IMG/VR virus record: IMGVR_UViG_2713896908_000007
Strand: one strand, 5' to 3'
Source: a virus
Taxonomy: Duplodnaviria > Heunggongvirae > Uroviricota > Caudoviricetes
Length of the DNA stretch: 64,000 bases
A program made the translations under genes and the position numbers. Positions within the stretch are counted from its first letter, which is position 1, and each line of letters opens with the position of its first letter. Positions 51,736 through 62,806 of the stretch are shown piece after piece. The notes below the pieces were generated by a model. That model was not told the origin of the DNA, ran no database searches, and was given only the letters and a program-made list of their open reading frames with translations.

Positions 51736-52839
51736 TTATTCCCACTCTTGCAGGAAACGCTGACCGTACTGGTCGGCTACCAGCAGTGCAGCATAAACCT
51801 GATCTGGCGTTGCGCCGCCAGGCATGTTGTGGATGGTTTCACCTTCTGCACATGCCGCTTCTGCGACAATCCGCATTTTCGCCGGGATATCTTCTTTAAT
51901 ATCCAGTTGTGCCAGGGTAATTGGCAGGCCGACAGCATGGCACAGCGCAGCTACGGTTTCGATTTCTTCAACTGGTGCGTTTTCCAGAACCAGTTGCGTC
52001 AGCGTACCGAATGCCACTTTCTCACCGTGATAATAGTGATGCGCATCCGGAATGGCCGTCAGGCCATTGTGCACCGCGTGCGCCGCCGCCAGGCCGCCGC
52101 TTTCAAAGCCCACGCCGCTCAAATAGGTGTTAGCTTCAATCACACGTTCCAGCGCCGGAGTCACCACATGCTGTTCAGCGGCAAGCATCGCTTTTTCGCC
52201 TTCTTCCAGCAGGGTGTTGTAGCACAGTTCAGCCAGAGCCAGTGCTGCCTGAGTACATTTACCGCCCGCCATCGTGGTTGCGCCGCTGCGGGAACAGGCA
52301 CGTGCTTCAAACCAGGTTGCCAACGCATCGCCAATACCCGCCGCTAACAGACGTGCAGGTGCGCCAGCAACAATTTTGGTATCCACAATGACGCGTTCCG
52401 GGTTGTTTGGCAGCATCAGATAACGTTCAAACTCACCATCATCGGTGTAGATAACGGAAAGGGCGCTGCAAGGTGCGTCGGTTGAGGCAATGGTTGGGGC
52501 AACTGCAACAGGAACGCCCATAAAGTGTGCCAGTGCTTTGGCTGTATCGAGGGTTTTACCTCCGCCGATTCCCAGAATTGCGCTACACTGAGCATTCTCT
52601 GCAATACCCCGCAGACGATCGATTTCATTTTGCGAACATTCACCGCCGAACGGGGCAATTTCTACCTCTATTCCAGCATCTTTAAAACTTTTCTCAATAT
52701 TAGTTTGAGCAAAACCTAACACAAATTTGTCACCTACCACCAACCAATGTTCTGCCAGCGGTTTCAGGTATTCACCCAGGCGATTAATGACATCTGCGCC
52801 TTGGATGTATTTACCCGGTGATTGAATGATGCGGTCCAT
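51736..52839 (-). CDS. gldA: glycerol dehydrogenase (iron-containing ADH family), host-type metabolic gene
   Basis: 367 aa; first ~190 residues match remembered E. coli GldA almost exactly, C-terminal half more diverged; own AAGGAG RBS. Confidence 0.9.
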   Translation of the reverse strand: MDRIIQSPGKYIQGADVINRLGEYLKPLAEHWLVVGDKFVLGFAQTNIEKSFKDAGIEVEIAPFGGECSQNEIDRLRGIAENAQCSAILGIGGGKTLDTAKALAHFMGVPVAVAPTIASTDAPCSALSVIYTDDGEFERYLMLPNNPERVIVDTKIVAGAPARLLAAGIGDALATWFEARACSRSGATTMAGGKCTQAALALAELCYNTLLEEGEKAMLAAEQHVVTPALERVIEANTYLSGVGFESGGLAAAHAVHNGLTAIPDAHHYYHGEKVAFGTLTQLVLENAPVEEIETVAALCHAVGLPITLAQLDIKEDIPAKMRIVAEAACAEGETIHNMPGGATPDQVYAALLVADQYGQRFLQEWE

Positions 52840-52986
52840 AATTGCTCCTTTAGAGATGAGTTATGCTAAATGTTTTGTTATTCCCGGATGACCTTCTGTA
52901 TATATCTTAAGTCAACATTATAAGTTGACGCCAATATTCCGTAGAAGAGATGTTACTTCGCGAGCAGTATGACTCCATAGGTTTCT

Positions 52987-53005
52987 GAGACGTTACTTTG
53001 CATAT
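52987..53005 (+). promoter_or_regulatory. candidate late promoter
   Basis: GAGACGTTACTTTGCATAT, sharing the GTTACTTTGCATA core with the lydA upstream motif. Confidence 0.3.
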
Positions 53006-53142
53006 GATATTGCTGAGGCAAATACATTCAATGCCGCATTTTTGTGAGATTTTAAGCCAATCTACATCACCATTAGGTAAGAGTATCTTTTTTTGGTGGT
53101 GATGGCGCAATGTATCAGTGGACAGCATAAGGTGTAACAGGG

Positions 53143-54831
53143 ATGTGTTTGAACGATCATACAGTTATGGCCACCAGCAGCGGCTACATCGGTGTGGCAC
53201 CGTATACCCGCTTGCTATTACATCAGGCATCCGGCATCAAAGATATTATTCACCTGATCAGGCTGCTTTCCCGTACAGATCCCCAGGATGAACAGCTTGT
53301 TCAAGTGCTTGCGCATTTTGTCCGAATGCCTGTTGCCGACGTGAAAAAATGGTGCCGATTATTCGGTATCAGCAATTCGTTACTTCGCGGATTGTTAAAT
53401 CACGCATCCTCCCTTGGGCGCGACGGATTTGATGAGATAGCGCAGGCGATAAAAAACGGAGATATGCCACCAGCTATTGACTGGTTTTCCATTCGCCCAA
53501 CCAGGGTGAAAGCATTCCTTAGTGCGGCGCAATCAGCATCACCATTGGCAGAAATGGTTCAGAGGTTGTCGCTCATATTCACAGATCATACCGCGTTCGG
53601 TGATCTGGCTCTGGACGAGATGAAAGAAGCCTCCATTCAGTGGGCCGCTCAACAAAATGAGGTTAACTCAGACTTCTTGCCAGCATTCAGGAAGGCCGTT
53701 AGTAAAGCGGATGATGCCCGTGGAATTCTGAAGGCATTTAAGGCATTGCAAAGTCGGGTTAATAAACATGTCGGTGATATCGATGGGGTAACGGCGGAAG
53801 GCAGGGATATCCTTAAAGAGCACGGCATAACGCCAGAGTTTATTGATGAGATCAGGACGGATATGCAGCGTGAGGTCGTATCGTCCCTGCAAATTGTAGC
53901 CAGAGCGTTGGCGGATGCTAATCCGAAGAGTGCGGCCATTGTTAACCGGGTTATTGGTGATATTGAAGCATCGGAGGGCATGGGGGCGCTGAAACTCTTC
54001 CTTTCGCGAGCGTTTAATCCTAACGGCAATATTCTCCCTGGCATTATTGGTGAGGCTAAAAGGTATGTCAGTGAAGAAGAACTTGAGCAGCTTGACCAAC
54101 TACTTAAGCGATTCTCATATAACCCGCAGACACGCTGGCAAATGAATCAGCGAAGTATGGGTTCGGTCCACGAGAAAGTGTTATCTGCCATGAACAGTGC
54201 GATCGCAAACTCATCCGTATCTGAAGAAAAAGCTCTTGAGTGGGCCGACTCTTTTATCACGGAAGAAGTGGAAGAAGCCCGCGCTGGACAGAATGGTGGG
54301 ATAGACCTGCGCAAGGAACTTGCTGATATTTATCGCCTGACCGGCGGTAAAATTTCGACCCTATCAAAGATAATTCACCACCAGGGAAGGGCATATGCAA
54401 ATCTTAATGGTATTGTTGCTGTCAATTTGAACGATGAAAATGCAAGCGCACTGTGGCACGAGCTTGGTCATCATCTTGAGTACAGTAACCCTGGTCTGTT
54501 AGAGAAAGCCAGGTCATTCCTGAAGGCCAATGTTGAAGGGGATAAGCCATCTTTCGTTAATATCGGTGGGCGTGGTAAACCTGAATGGTGCTTCAGATCT
54601 CGATTGAGTAATATTTATATGGCGAAGGTATACCCGCCAGCCTCAGTGAGTAACTCCGGGAAAATTCGGCAGAAAGCACCGACTATTTCCAAAACGTCAG
54701 CAACGGAAGTATTCTCTATGGCTCTTCAGTTGTATCATGACAAAGAGGCCGCTGCCGCATCACTGATGAATGGTGACGGATTGCTGGAACTGTTATTAGG
54801 TGTGGCAAAGGAGCTAAATAATGCAGATTAA
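53143..54831 (+). CDS. large protein with C-terminal HExxH zincin-like motif
   Basis: 562 aa; WHELGHHLEYSNPG near the C-terminus; coupled to a small acidic ORF; occupies the region where P1 has ddrB. Confidence 0.45.
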   Translation: MCLNDHTVMATSSGYIGVAPYTRLLLHQASGIKDIIHLIRLLSRTDPQDEQLVQVLAHFVRMPVADVKKWCRLFGISNSLLRGLLNHASSLGRDGFDEIAQAIKNGDMPPAIDWFSIRPTRVKAFLSAAQSASPLAEMVQRLSLIFTDHTAFGDLALDEMKEASIQWAAQQNEVNSDFLPAFRKAVSKADDARGILKAFKALQSRVNKHVGDIDGVTAEGRDILKEHGITPEFIDEIRTDMQREVVSSLQIVARALADANPKSAAIVNRVIGDIEASEGMGALKLFLSRAFNPNGNILPGIIGEAKRYVSEEELEQLDQLLKRFSYNPQTRWQMNQRSMGSVHEKVLSAMNSAIANSSVSEEKALEWADSFITEEVEEARAGQNGGIDLRKELADIYRLTGGKISTLSKIIHHQGRAYANLNGIVAVNLNDENASALWHELGHHLEYSNPGLLEKARSFLKANVEGDKPSFVNIGGRGKPEWCFRSRLSNIYMAKVYPPASVSNSGKIRQKAPTISKTSATEVFSMALQLYHDKEAAAASLMNGDGLLELLLGVAKELNNAD

Positions 54832-55126
54832 AATCGCAGCGCCATTAGGCGGAGATGCAATTATCGAATTTGATGATAATGAAGAAGTTTCCGGGCGTTT
54901 AAGCATTATCTCCGGTGACATTACCGAGGACATGATCGCTGAAGCCATAGCTGGAGCAAATCCCAATAGCTATATGGGATTCGTTAACTCCCTTGATGCT
55001 CCCGCAAGCGATGTTCTCCGAACGCTGCATCTTTACGCTGGCTGGTTTGTTGATTGGCCAGCAGTAGAGGGTGGCGATGAGGACGACGATGATTTCGGTG
55101 ATAATATTAATCAGATTATATTTTAA
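54821..55126 (+). CDS. small highly acidic protein
   Basis: 101 aa, Asp/Glu-rich with EGGDEDDDDFGD; start overlaps the end of the HExxH protein gene. Confidence 0.4.
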   Translation: MQIKIAAPLGGDAIIEFDDNEEVSGRLSIISGDITEDMIAEAIAGANPNSYMGFVNSLDAPASDVLRTLHLYAGWFVDWPAVEGGDEDDDDFGDNINQIIF

Positions 55127-55285
55127 CCCATATGAGATATAATCGTTCTAATGGCATAAAGTTAGATTGTTCTTATATTCGACTTTGTGCCATCATTAGG
55201 ACTAATCATTTAGGGGTTCTTTTAGGTAGAAATTTAGCAATACATGTTTAGTATGGCAATATTTTCTAAAGGAGTTAGGTAAAAA

Positions 55286-56164
55286 GTGAAAAGAATTATT
55301 CCTGATAAAAAATGGTTAAAAGAAGAAAGCAGTAAGCGACAAGTGCCATCAGAATGTCCCTATGCAAATTCATATCGATGTCCTAGATATCACGAAAGTG
55401 TTATTTTGTTCTCACAGATGCAAATGATTGATGGCATGTCATATAATAAAGAGAAGGAGTTGAAACAGTTCTGGGAGAGAACCGACCTCTCTTCTTTATG
55501 TAATGGAGAAACCCCGTTGGTCTCAAAAAATGATAAAGGCGGGATTTTCTCTATAGATAATTTCTGTCCAGAAATATCGTTTAGATATTTAGGTTACTAT
55601 GCAGACTATATGCTGAGATACATTGATGAAGATGCTCACACTATAGGGTATGGCATAGCTAAAAGAGATCAGAAAGAAAATGATTGGAAGTATGATTGGT
55701 CCGAGGTCAATGCTGTTTTCTATGAGGATTGTTACCTCTTTGAGAGAGTTAAACAATTCAATAAAGAACTTCATGATAGTTTCTTTAAAAGACTACATCC
55801 GAATATTGTAATGCAAATAAGTAGAATGGATAAGTGTTTGGACTCAAATGACCCAACCGGTGTTTTGCATGCGGCATCTAATATTCTAGAAACAATGGCT
55901 AAAGAAATATTAGATGATCCAAATGTATTAAATAAATCGTTTGGCTCTTTTTTTGAGAAGTTTAAAAAAGAGTCAAAGTTGCCGTTAGGGTTTATTAATG
56001 CAGTTAAAGATATTTATGACTTACGTAATAAAATACCTACTGCTGGTCATGGGGGGGTGGGGATGCCTGGGTTATCTTTATCTGATGCCATAATGATTGC
56101 TGCATCAACAAAGGCTATTGTAGAGATTGAGTACAGAAACATTGATGTGGCTGCTATTGATTGA
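55286..56164 (+). CDS. AT-rich orphan protein, function unknown
   Basis: 292-aa ORF with AAGGAG RBS after an AT-rich promoter region; Cys-rich N-terminus; no domain recognised. Confidence 0.45.
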   Translation: MKRIIPDKKWLKEESSKRQVPSECPYANSYRCPRYHESVILFSQMQMIDGMSYNKEKELKQFWERTDLSSLCNGETPLVSKNDKGGIFSIDNFCPEISFRYLGYYADYMLRYIDEDAHTIGYGIAKRDQKENDWKYDWSEVNAVFYEDCYLFERVKQFNKELHDSFFKRLHPNIVMQISRMDKCLDSNDPTGVLHAASNILETMAKEILDDPNVLNKSFGSFFEKFKKESKLPLGFINAVKDIYDLRNKIPTAGHGGVGMPGLSLSDAIMIAASTKAIVEIEYRNIDVAAID

Positions 56165-56228
56165 GCTAATATAGCGAGGTTCCTTTTTGTATCGTTCGAA
56201 TTATCCCCGCCTGTCGGCGGGGTATAAC

Positions 56229-57011
56229 TTAATCACTTTCTACCTCTTCCGTTGAGTTTTCCAATGCTGCGCGACACAATTTCCTGGCATTGGTTATAGC
56301 CACACTTTTTACCTCATCCGTCATTGTACAGGTAATGTACTGATCGAGTTCTTCAGCTCGGATGATGCTTTTCCCAATCATAAACTCTATTTGCCAGAGC
56401 AGATCGGCATCCATCGTCAGTATTTCAGCCTGGCCTTCTGGGCCTGCGGGGAAGCAAACATAAGACTGTTTGCCCAGGCCGATAACTCGACAACTTGCTT
56501 CAAGAATTGCACGCTTGAGGTCTGACTTTGTAACTGAAACAGGTTGATTTTCACCTGTGATTACGCCGTTGGCATGGACGTGGAAGGGCATGTAGCTTGA
56601 AATTCGCTCTACTTTCCATACGCCAGCAAGCGATCCTTCATGCAGCACAATGGGGGTAACCGCGAGTTTCATCTCACCATATAACTGCTGGCAGATAGCT
56701 GGATTGCTGAATACATCCAAAGGTTCACACTCAAACAGCGGTGCAATCTGCATGAGGTCCATCATGGTCATACCAGGGGTACGAGCAGTAATGAATCTGC
56801 GCATTCCAGTATCCATTGTGCGCCAGATAGCTACACCATGCTTTTTGCTCACTTCTTCAGTAAAGCCAAGGTGGCACATGATGGTTTTTTCGATAGCCAG
56901 ATCAGAGATAGAAACCTTTTCGCCTGGCACGCCATCATTATTGATGGTCACTTCGACACTCTGGCCATTACGTAGGCGGTATTGAATGGTTTTAGTATTT
57001 TGTGCTGTCAT
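56229..57011 (-). CDS. hypothetical protein downstream of ssb
   Basis: 260-aa ORF on the ssb strand; no domain recognised. Confidence 0.4.
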   Translation of the reverse strand: MTAQNTKTIQYRLRNGQSVEVTINNDGVPGEKVSISDLAIEKTIMCHLGFTEEVSKKHGVAIWRTMDTGMRRFITARTPGMTMMDLMQIAPLFECEPLDVFSNPAICQQLYGEMKLAVTPIVLHEGSLAGVWKVERISSYMPFHVHANGVITGENQPVSVTKSDLKRAILEASCRVIGLGKQSYVCFPAGPEGQAEILTMDADLLWQIEFMIGKSIIRAEELDQYITCTMTDEVKSVAITNARKLCRAALENSTEEVESD

Positions 57012-57208
57012 AGTCTTTTCTCTGCTTAAAAACTGATGTATTGCGCCTTCAGGTTGGTTAGGAATGTTTTCCCACCAGCGAAAGCAATATCTCGGGGTGT
57101 TCTATTCGTTAAAATCGCGTGCCATTGCCAACTTTGGCGTTTTTTAGCGAGTTCGTGCTTTTGTTGGCGCCTGGACCACCGCTTTTCTTTCAGTCGTTTT
57201 TTACACAT

Positions 57209-57697
57209 TCAAAACGGAATATCGTCGTCAAAGTCCATTGGAGGTTCGTTATTGGCATTGCTCTGAGGTTTACCGCCACCGCTGTATTGCTGGTGGTTTT
57301 GAGGTTGGTTCGATTGCCCCCAGCCATTTGAGGACTGCGAATCGTCACGGCGAGTGCCAATCATTTGCATGGTGCCACCCTGGCTGACGATAATTTCCGT
57401 CGTATAACGTTCTACACCGACGTCATCTGTCCACTTACGGGTTTTAAGTTTCCCTTCGATGTAGACCTGAGAACCTTTTCGTAAATACTCACTCGCAATT
57501 TCAGCAAGTTTTCCGAACAAAACGACTTTATGCCATTCTGTTTGCTCTTTCTGTTGGCCCGTTTGCTTGTCGCGCCATGATTCATTCGTTGCGATGCTGA
57601 GTCTTCCGACTGCGCCGCCATTTGGTATATATCTGATCTCCGGGTCTTGTCCCAGGGTACCAATCAGGATGACTTTGTTTACACCGCGTTGTGCCAC
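57209..57697 (-). CDS. ssb: single-stranded DNA-binding protein
   Basis: OB-fold N-terminus ([19 protein letters not shown]), Gly/Gln-rich linker, acidic tail DFDDDIPF; GTG start. Confidence 0.9.
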   Translation of the reverse strand: MAQRGVNKVILIGTLGQDPEIRYIPNGGAVGRLSIATNESWRDKQTGQQKEQTEWHKVVLFGKLAEIASEYLRKGSQVYIEGKLKTRKWTDDVGVERYTTEIIVSQGGTMQMIGTRRDDSQSSNGWGQSNQPQNHQQYSGGGKPQSNANNEPPMDFDDDIPF

Positions 57698-57716
57698 TTA
57701 TCTTACCTAATAAAAT

Positions 57717-57733
57717 AAATTAATTAGAGCAAT
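57717..57733. promoter_or_regulatory. C1-type operator upstream of ssb
   Basis: AAATTAATTAGAGCAAT, 16/17 to the consensus, about 20 bp upstream of the ssb start. Confidence 0.55.
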
Positions 57734-57865
57734 AATGTATATCTTTGAAACGTAGCTAACAAGTGATTTGCATTATCCTGTGCCTTCTAAAGGGATCGAG
57801 TCAGTCGGTATTGGCTGTGAATGGGTGTTTGTCCTGGAGCGTAAAATTTCGCTTATGAGGTCTTT

Positions 57866-58423
57866 ATGAAGGGAAAAACAGCCGCAGGAGGCGGTGCAAT
57901 TTGCGCTATCGCGGTGATGATTACCATCGTGATGGGTAATGGCAATGTGCGAACCAACCAGGCGGGGCTTGAGCTGATTGGTAACGCTGAAGGTTGCCGA
58001 CGTGATCCATACATGTGCCCGGCAGGGGTATGGACTGACGGGATCGGTAATACACACGGGGTAACGCCGGGTGTGCGAAAAACAGACCAGCAAATCGCCG
58101 CTGATTGGGAAAAGAATATCCTGATCGCTGAACGCTGTATTAATCAGCACTTCCGGGGCAAAGACATGCCCGATAATGCCTTCAGTGCAATGACAAGCGC
58201 GGCATTCAATATGGGATGCAATAGCTTACGGACCTACTACAGCAAAGCGCGAGGCATGCGAGTAGAAACATCCATCCACAAGTGGGCGCAGAAAGGGGAA
58301 TGGGTGAATATGTGTAACCATCTCCCTGATTTCGTGAACAGTAACGGCGTGCCCTTGCGAGGTTTAAAGATTCGCCGTGAAAAAGAACGCCAGCTTTGCC
58401 TGACTGGGCTGGTCAATGAATAA
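57866..58423 (+). CDS. lyz: endolysin with N-terminal SAR domain
   Basis: 185 aa; Gly/Ala-rich weakly hydrophobic N-terminus then a T4-lysozyme-like catalytic region; same length as remembered P1 Lyz. Confidence 0.85.
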   Translation: MKGKTAAGGGAICAIAVMITIVMGNGNVRTNQAGLELIGNAEGCRRDPYMCPAGVWTDGIGNTHGVTPGVRKTDQQIAADWEKNILIAERCINQHFRGKDMPDNAFSAMTSAAFNMGCNSLRTYYSKARGMRVETSIHKWAQKGEWVNMCNHLPDFVNSNGVPLRGLKIRREKERQLCLTGLVNE

Positions 58424-58670
58424 ACTCCGGCAGCTCCGCCGACTTTCGACAATGAAGTTATCGCTGGCGGCGATAGTTTTTGACTCGATTTTCATGGCGG
58501 TATATGTGCTCAATGAGACGTGGCCACTGGAACCGCTATTATATGCCGGGCTTCGGCTGTGCCTGACATTTTTGAGCATGGCTGCAAGATTGATGCAGCA
58601 GAAAGAAACCGCTTCAGATTGTCCACGCCGTGCGGTGCGCAAATATATGGCACGCAGGCGAAAGCGATAA
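58416..58670 (+). CDS. small membrane protein overlapping the lyz 3' end
   Basis: 84-aa ORF with two hydrophobic segments and a basic tail; followed by a strong terminator. Confidence 0.35.
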   Translation: MNKLRQLRRLSTMKLSLAAIVFDSIFMAVYVLNETWPLEPLLYAGLRLCLTFLSMAARLMQQKETASDCPRRAVRKYMARRRKR

Positions 58671-58681
58671 TAGTTAACGAG

Positions 58682-58709
58682 AACCCCGGCAGCCGCCGGG
58701 GTTATTTTT
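58682..58709 (+). terminator. rho-independent terminator
   Basis: AACCCCGGC-AGC-GCCGGGGTT hairpin followed by ATTTTTGG. Confidence 0.85.
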
Positions 58710-58714
58710 GGTGG

Positions 58715-59734
58715 TTATTTAAATGGATTGATTGAATTATTAAACGTGATGATGCTTGTCTCACACGGTGCCTGGACGTTAGCCGCTTGCGGAACCTCCT
58801 TAATTTTCTTGGTGACAGGCAAGTTGCGTGCTCCAACTTTGATCAGAGATTCGAAAAGTGTGGCAACGATTTTTGCATCACCAGGTTCTTTGAGGCGGAA
58901 TGCGTCTTTTTGGGCGGCGGAGACGAAGATTGGGAGGTTATCCAGTTCGTCTTGCATCGCTGCCAGCACATCATCGCGGATACCCGCTGTTTCCTCCAGC
59001 AAAGCGATTCGCGCTTCAGCATCTGCGATCTTGGCCATTGCTTCGAGGTGGCGGCCCTGGCTTTCGAGTAGTGCAGTTTCCAGTTCTGCCGTACGCTCTG
59101 TCGCCTCCACCATCATTTCCAGTTCAGCCATTTTGCCGTAATGGGATATAACGGCCTGCACTGACTCGTCGGAGTACCCATGCGCCGCCAGGGACTCTGC
59201 CAGTAAGGATTTAGAATCCGCGCTTTCAAACATTCCGGCGCTGGCAGGATGATCCAGGCTGATATAGTTCGGCGTTGTCACATAATCCACACCATGGAAG
59301 CTGGTGGTTACAGCGATTTTCCCGGACTCACGCCCGCCAGTGGCCCAGCTCCAGCCACCAGCTCGGCTTTCGATCATCGCGGCGACAATTTTACCCGGCT
59401 CTGTGTTAAGAATTTCCTGTGTATGGGTAACGATTCCGTTGTCGTCAACAGATATAGCCACTGTGCGGCACGCTGGAACATTGTCGATTACGACCGGGCG
59501 ACCTTCCACCATGATCACGCTGGTTTCTGGTACTTCCAGTTTGCCGGTCAGCTGTCGGCGACCGTGACCGTAATAGCCGAAAAGCTCACCAAGGCGTAAA
59601 CCTTCCTGAGTTTCCTTGCTTTCAAGCATGGTCTTAACCGCGCTTAATACATACTGTCGCCCGTTCTGGCGACCTTTTCGAGCATTGCTATAGAGACAAA
59701 AGCGGTCAGTGACCGTTTTCAAAACATCAGTCAT
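58715..59734 (-). CDS. head morphogenesis protein (protease/scaffold-like, P1 pro position)
   Basis: 339 aa with a coiled-coil C-terminal half; position between lyz and portal candidate. Confidence 0.4.
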   Translation of the reverse strand: MTDVLKTVTDRFCLYSNARKGRQNGRQYVLSAVKTMLESKETQEGLRLGELFGYYGHGRRQLTGKLEVPETSVIMVEGRPVVIDNVPACRTVAISVDDNGIVTHTQEILNTEPGKIVAAMIESRAGGWSWATGGRESGKIAVTTSFHGVDYVTTPNYISLDHPASAGMFESADSKSLLAESLAAHGYSDESVQAVISHYGKMAELEMMVEATERTAELETALLESQGRHLEAMAKIADAEARIALLEETAGIRDDVLAAMQDELDNLPIFVSAAQKDAFRLKEPGDAKIVATLFESLIKVGARNLPVTKKIKEVPQAANVQAPCETSIITFNNSINPFK

Positions 59735-61009
59735 TATATTGCCCTCCAGCTACCTTACCTAATGTCTGTTGGTATATTGGCTTTGATAACATTTTCGTCC
59801 GTGTATTCATTTATATACTCATTAGTTTCAATGTATTATATAGAACATGAAGCGTGCCTATAAATATCGATTCTATCCAACTCCCGAACAAACCGAGCTA
59901 TTAGCCCGGACTTTTGGGTGTGTGCGTTTTGTCTATAACAGCCTCCTTCGCTGGCGTACCGATGCATACTACGCACGCCATGAGAGGGTCGGCTATGCAC
60001 AAGCCAGCGCCAAATTAACGGCACTGAAAAAAGAACCAGAATTCGCTTGGCTGAATGACGTTTCCTGCGTCCCCCTCCAGCAGTCTCTGCGCCACCAACA
60101 AACGGCTTTTGCTAACTTTTTCGCCGGGCGTGCTGCATACCCAGTTTTTAAGAGCAAGCGGCATAAACAGGCCGCAGAACTAACTGCCAGCGCATTTAAA
60201 TACCGTGACGGCAAGCTGTACATGGCAAAGAGCAAAGAGCCGTTAGATGTTCGCTGGAGCCGTCCGTTGCCGTCTGCTCCATCCACTGTCACTATCACCA
60301 GGGATGCTGCCGGACGATATTTTGTATCCTGTCTCTGCGAGTTTGAGCCTGTATCACTGCCGATCACCGTTTCCACGGTCGGCATTGATATTGGTTTAAA
60401 AGATTTGTTCGTCACCGATACCGGTTTCAAAACTGGCAATCCTCGACACAACGCTAAATACGCGAAGCGATTAGCAGTGTTACAGCGCAGATTGAGCAAG
60501 AAACAAAAAGGCTCAAAGAACCGCGCCAAAGCACGTTTAAAGGTTGCCCGCCTCCACGCGAGAATAGTCGATTGTCGGATGGATAACCTGCATAAGTTGT
60601 CCCGCAAACTGATTAACGAAAACCAAGTTGTTTGCGTCGAATCCCTTAAAGTGAAAAACATGATCCGTAACCCGAAGCTGTCTAAAGCAATAGCTGACGC
60701 AGGCTGGAGCGAACTTGTACGCCAACTCCAGTACAAAGGAGAATGGGGTGGACGTAGCATTGTCGCTATCGACCAGTATTTCCCTTCTTCCAAACGTTGC
60801 AGCAGTTGCGGCTTCACCATGCAAAAAATGCCTCTTAATATTCGTAAATGGCACTGCCCGGAATGTGGCGCAGAGCATGATCGTGATATTAACGCGGCCC
60901 GTAATATAAAAGCTGCCGGGCTGGCAGTGTTAGCCCTTGGAGAGTCTGTAATTCCTAAGCCGCTTCATGTGGTTTAGGTCGGACTCTGTGAATTGGGAAT
61001 GTTTGCCGT
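59735..61009 (+). mobile_element. solo TnpB element (IS200/IS605 family, no tnpA), filling the gap between two structural genes
   Basis: Single tnpB ORF plus about 110 bp left and 30 bp right flanks; element ends not defined. Confidence 0.55.
59847..60977 (+). CDS. tnpB: TnpB, RuvC-like RNA-guided nuclease
   Basis: Hallmark N-terminus MKRAYKYRFYPTPEQ; RuvC motifs (GIDIGLKD, ...E..., HDRDINAARNI); zinc finger CSSCG...CPECG. Confidence 0.85.
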   Translation: MKRAYKYRFYPTPEQTELLARTFGCVRFVYNSLLRWRTDAYYARHERVGYAQASAKLTALKKEPEFAWLNDVSCVPLQQSLRHQQTAFANFFAGRAAYPVFKSKRHKQAAELTASAFKYRDGKLYMAKSKEPLDVRWSRPLPSAPSTVTITRDAAGRYFVSCLCEFEPVSLPITVSTVGIDIGLKDLFVTDTGFKTGNPRHNAKYAKRLAVLQRRLSKKQKGSKNRAKARLKVARLHARIVDCRMDNLHKLSRKLINENQVVCVESLKVKNMIRNPKLSKAIADAGWSELVRQLQYKGEWGGRSIVAIDQYFPSSKRCSSCGFTMQKMPLNIRKWHCPECGAEHDRDINAARNIKAAGLAVLALGESVIPKPLHVV

Positions 61010-62740
<1,731 letters not shown>

Positions 62741-62806
62741 TTAATTAGAATAATTCGCATCGTGTTTTAACGGAATTTAACACTAGTCACTTGTTAAGGA
62801 TTACCA

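Noticed and set aside
51700-52347. 215-aa plus-strand ORF overlapping gldA
   Set aside because: It is antisense to a clearly genuine gldA and has Cys/Arg/Phe-rich composition typical of a reverse-strand artefact.
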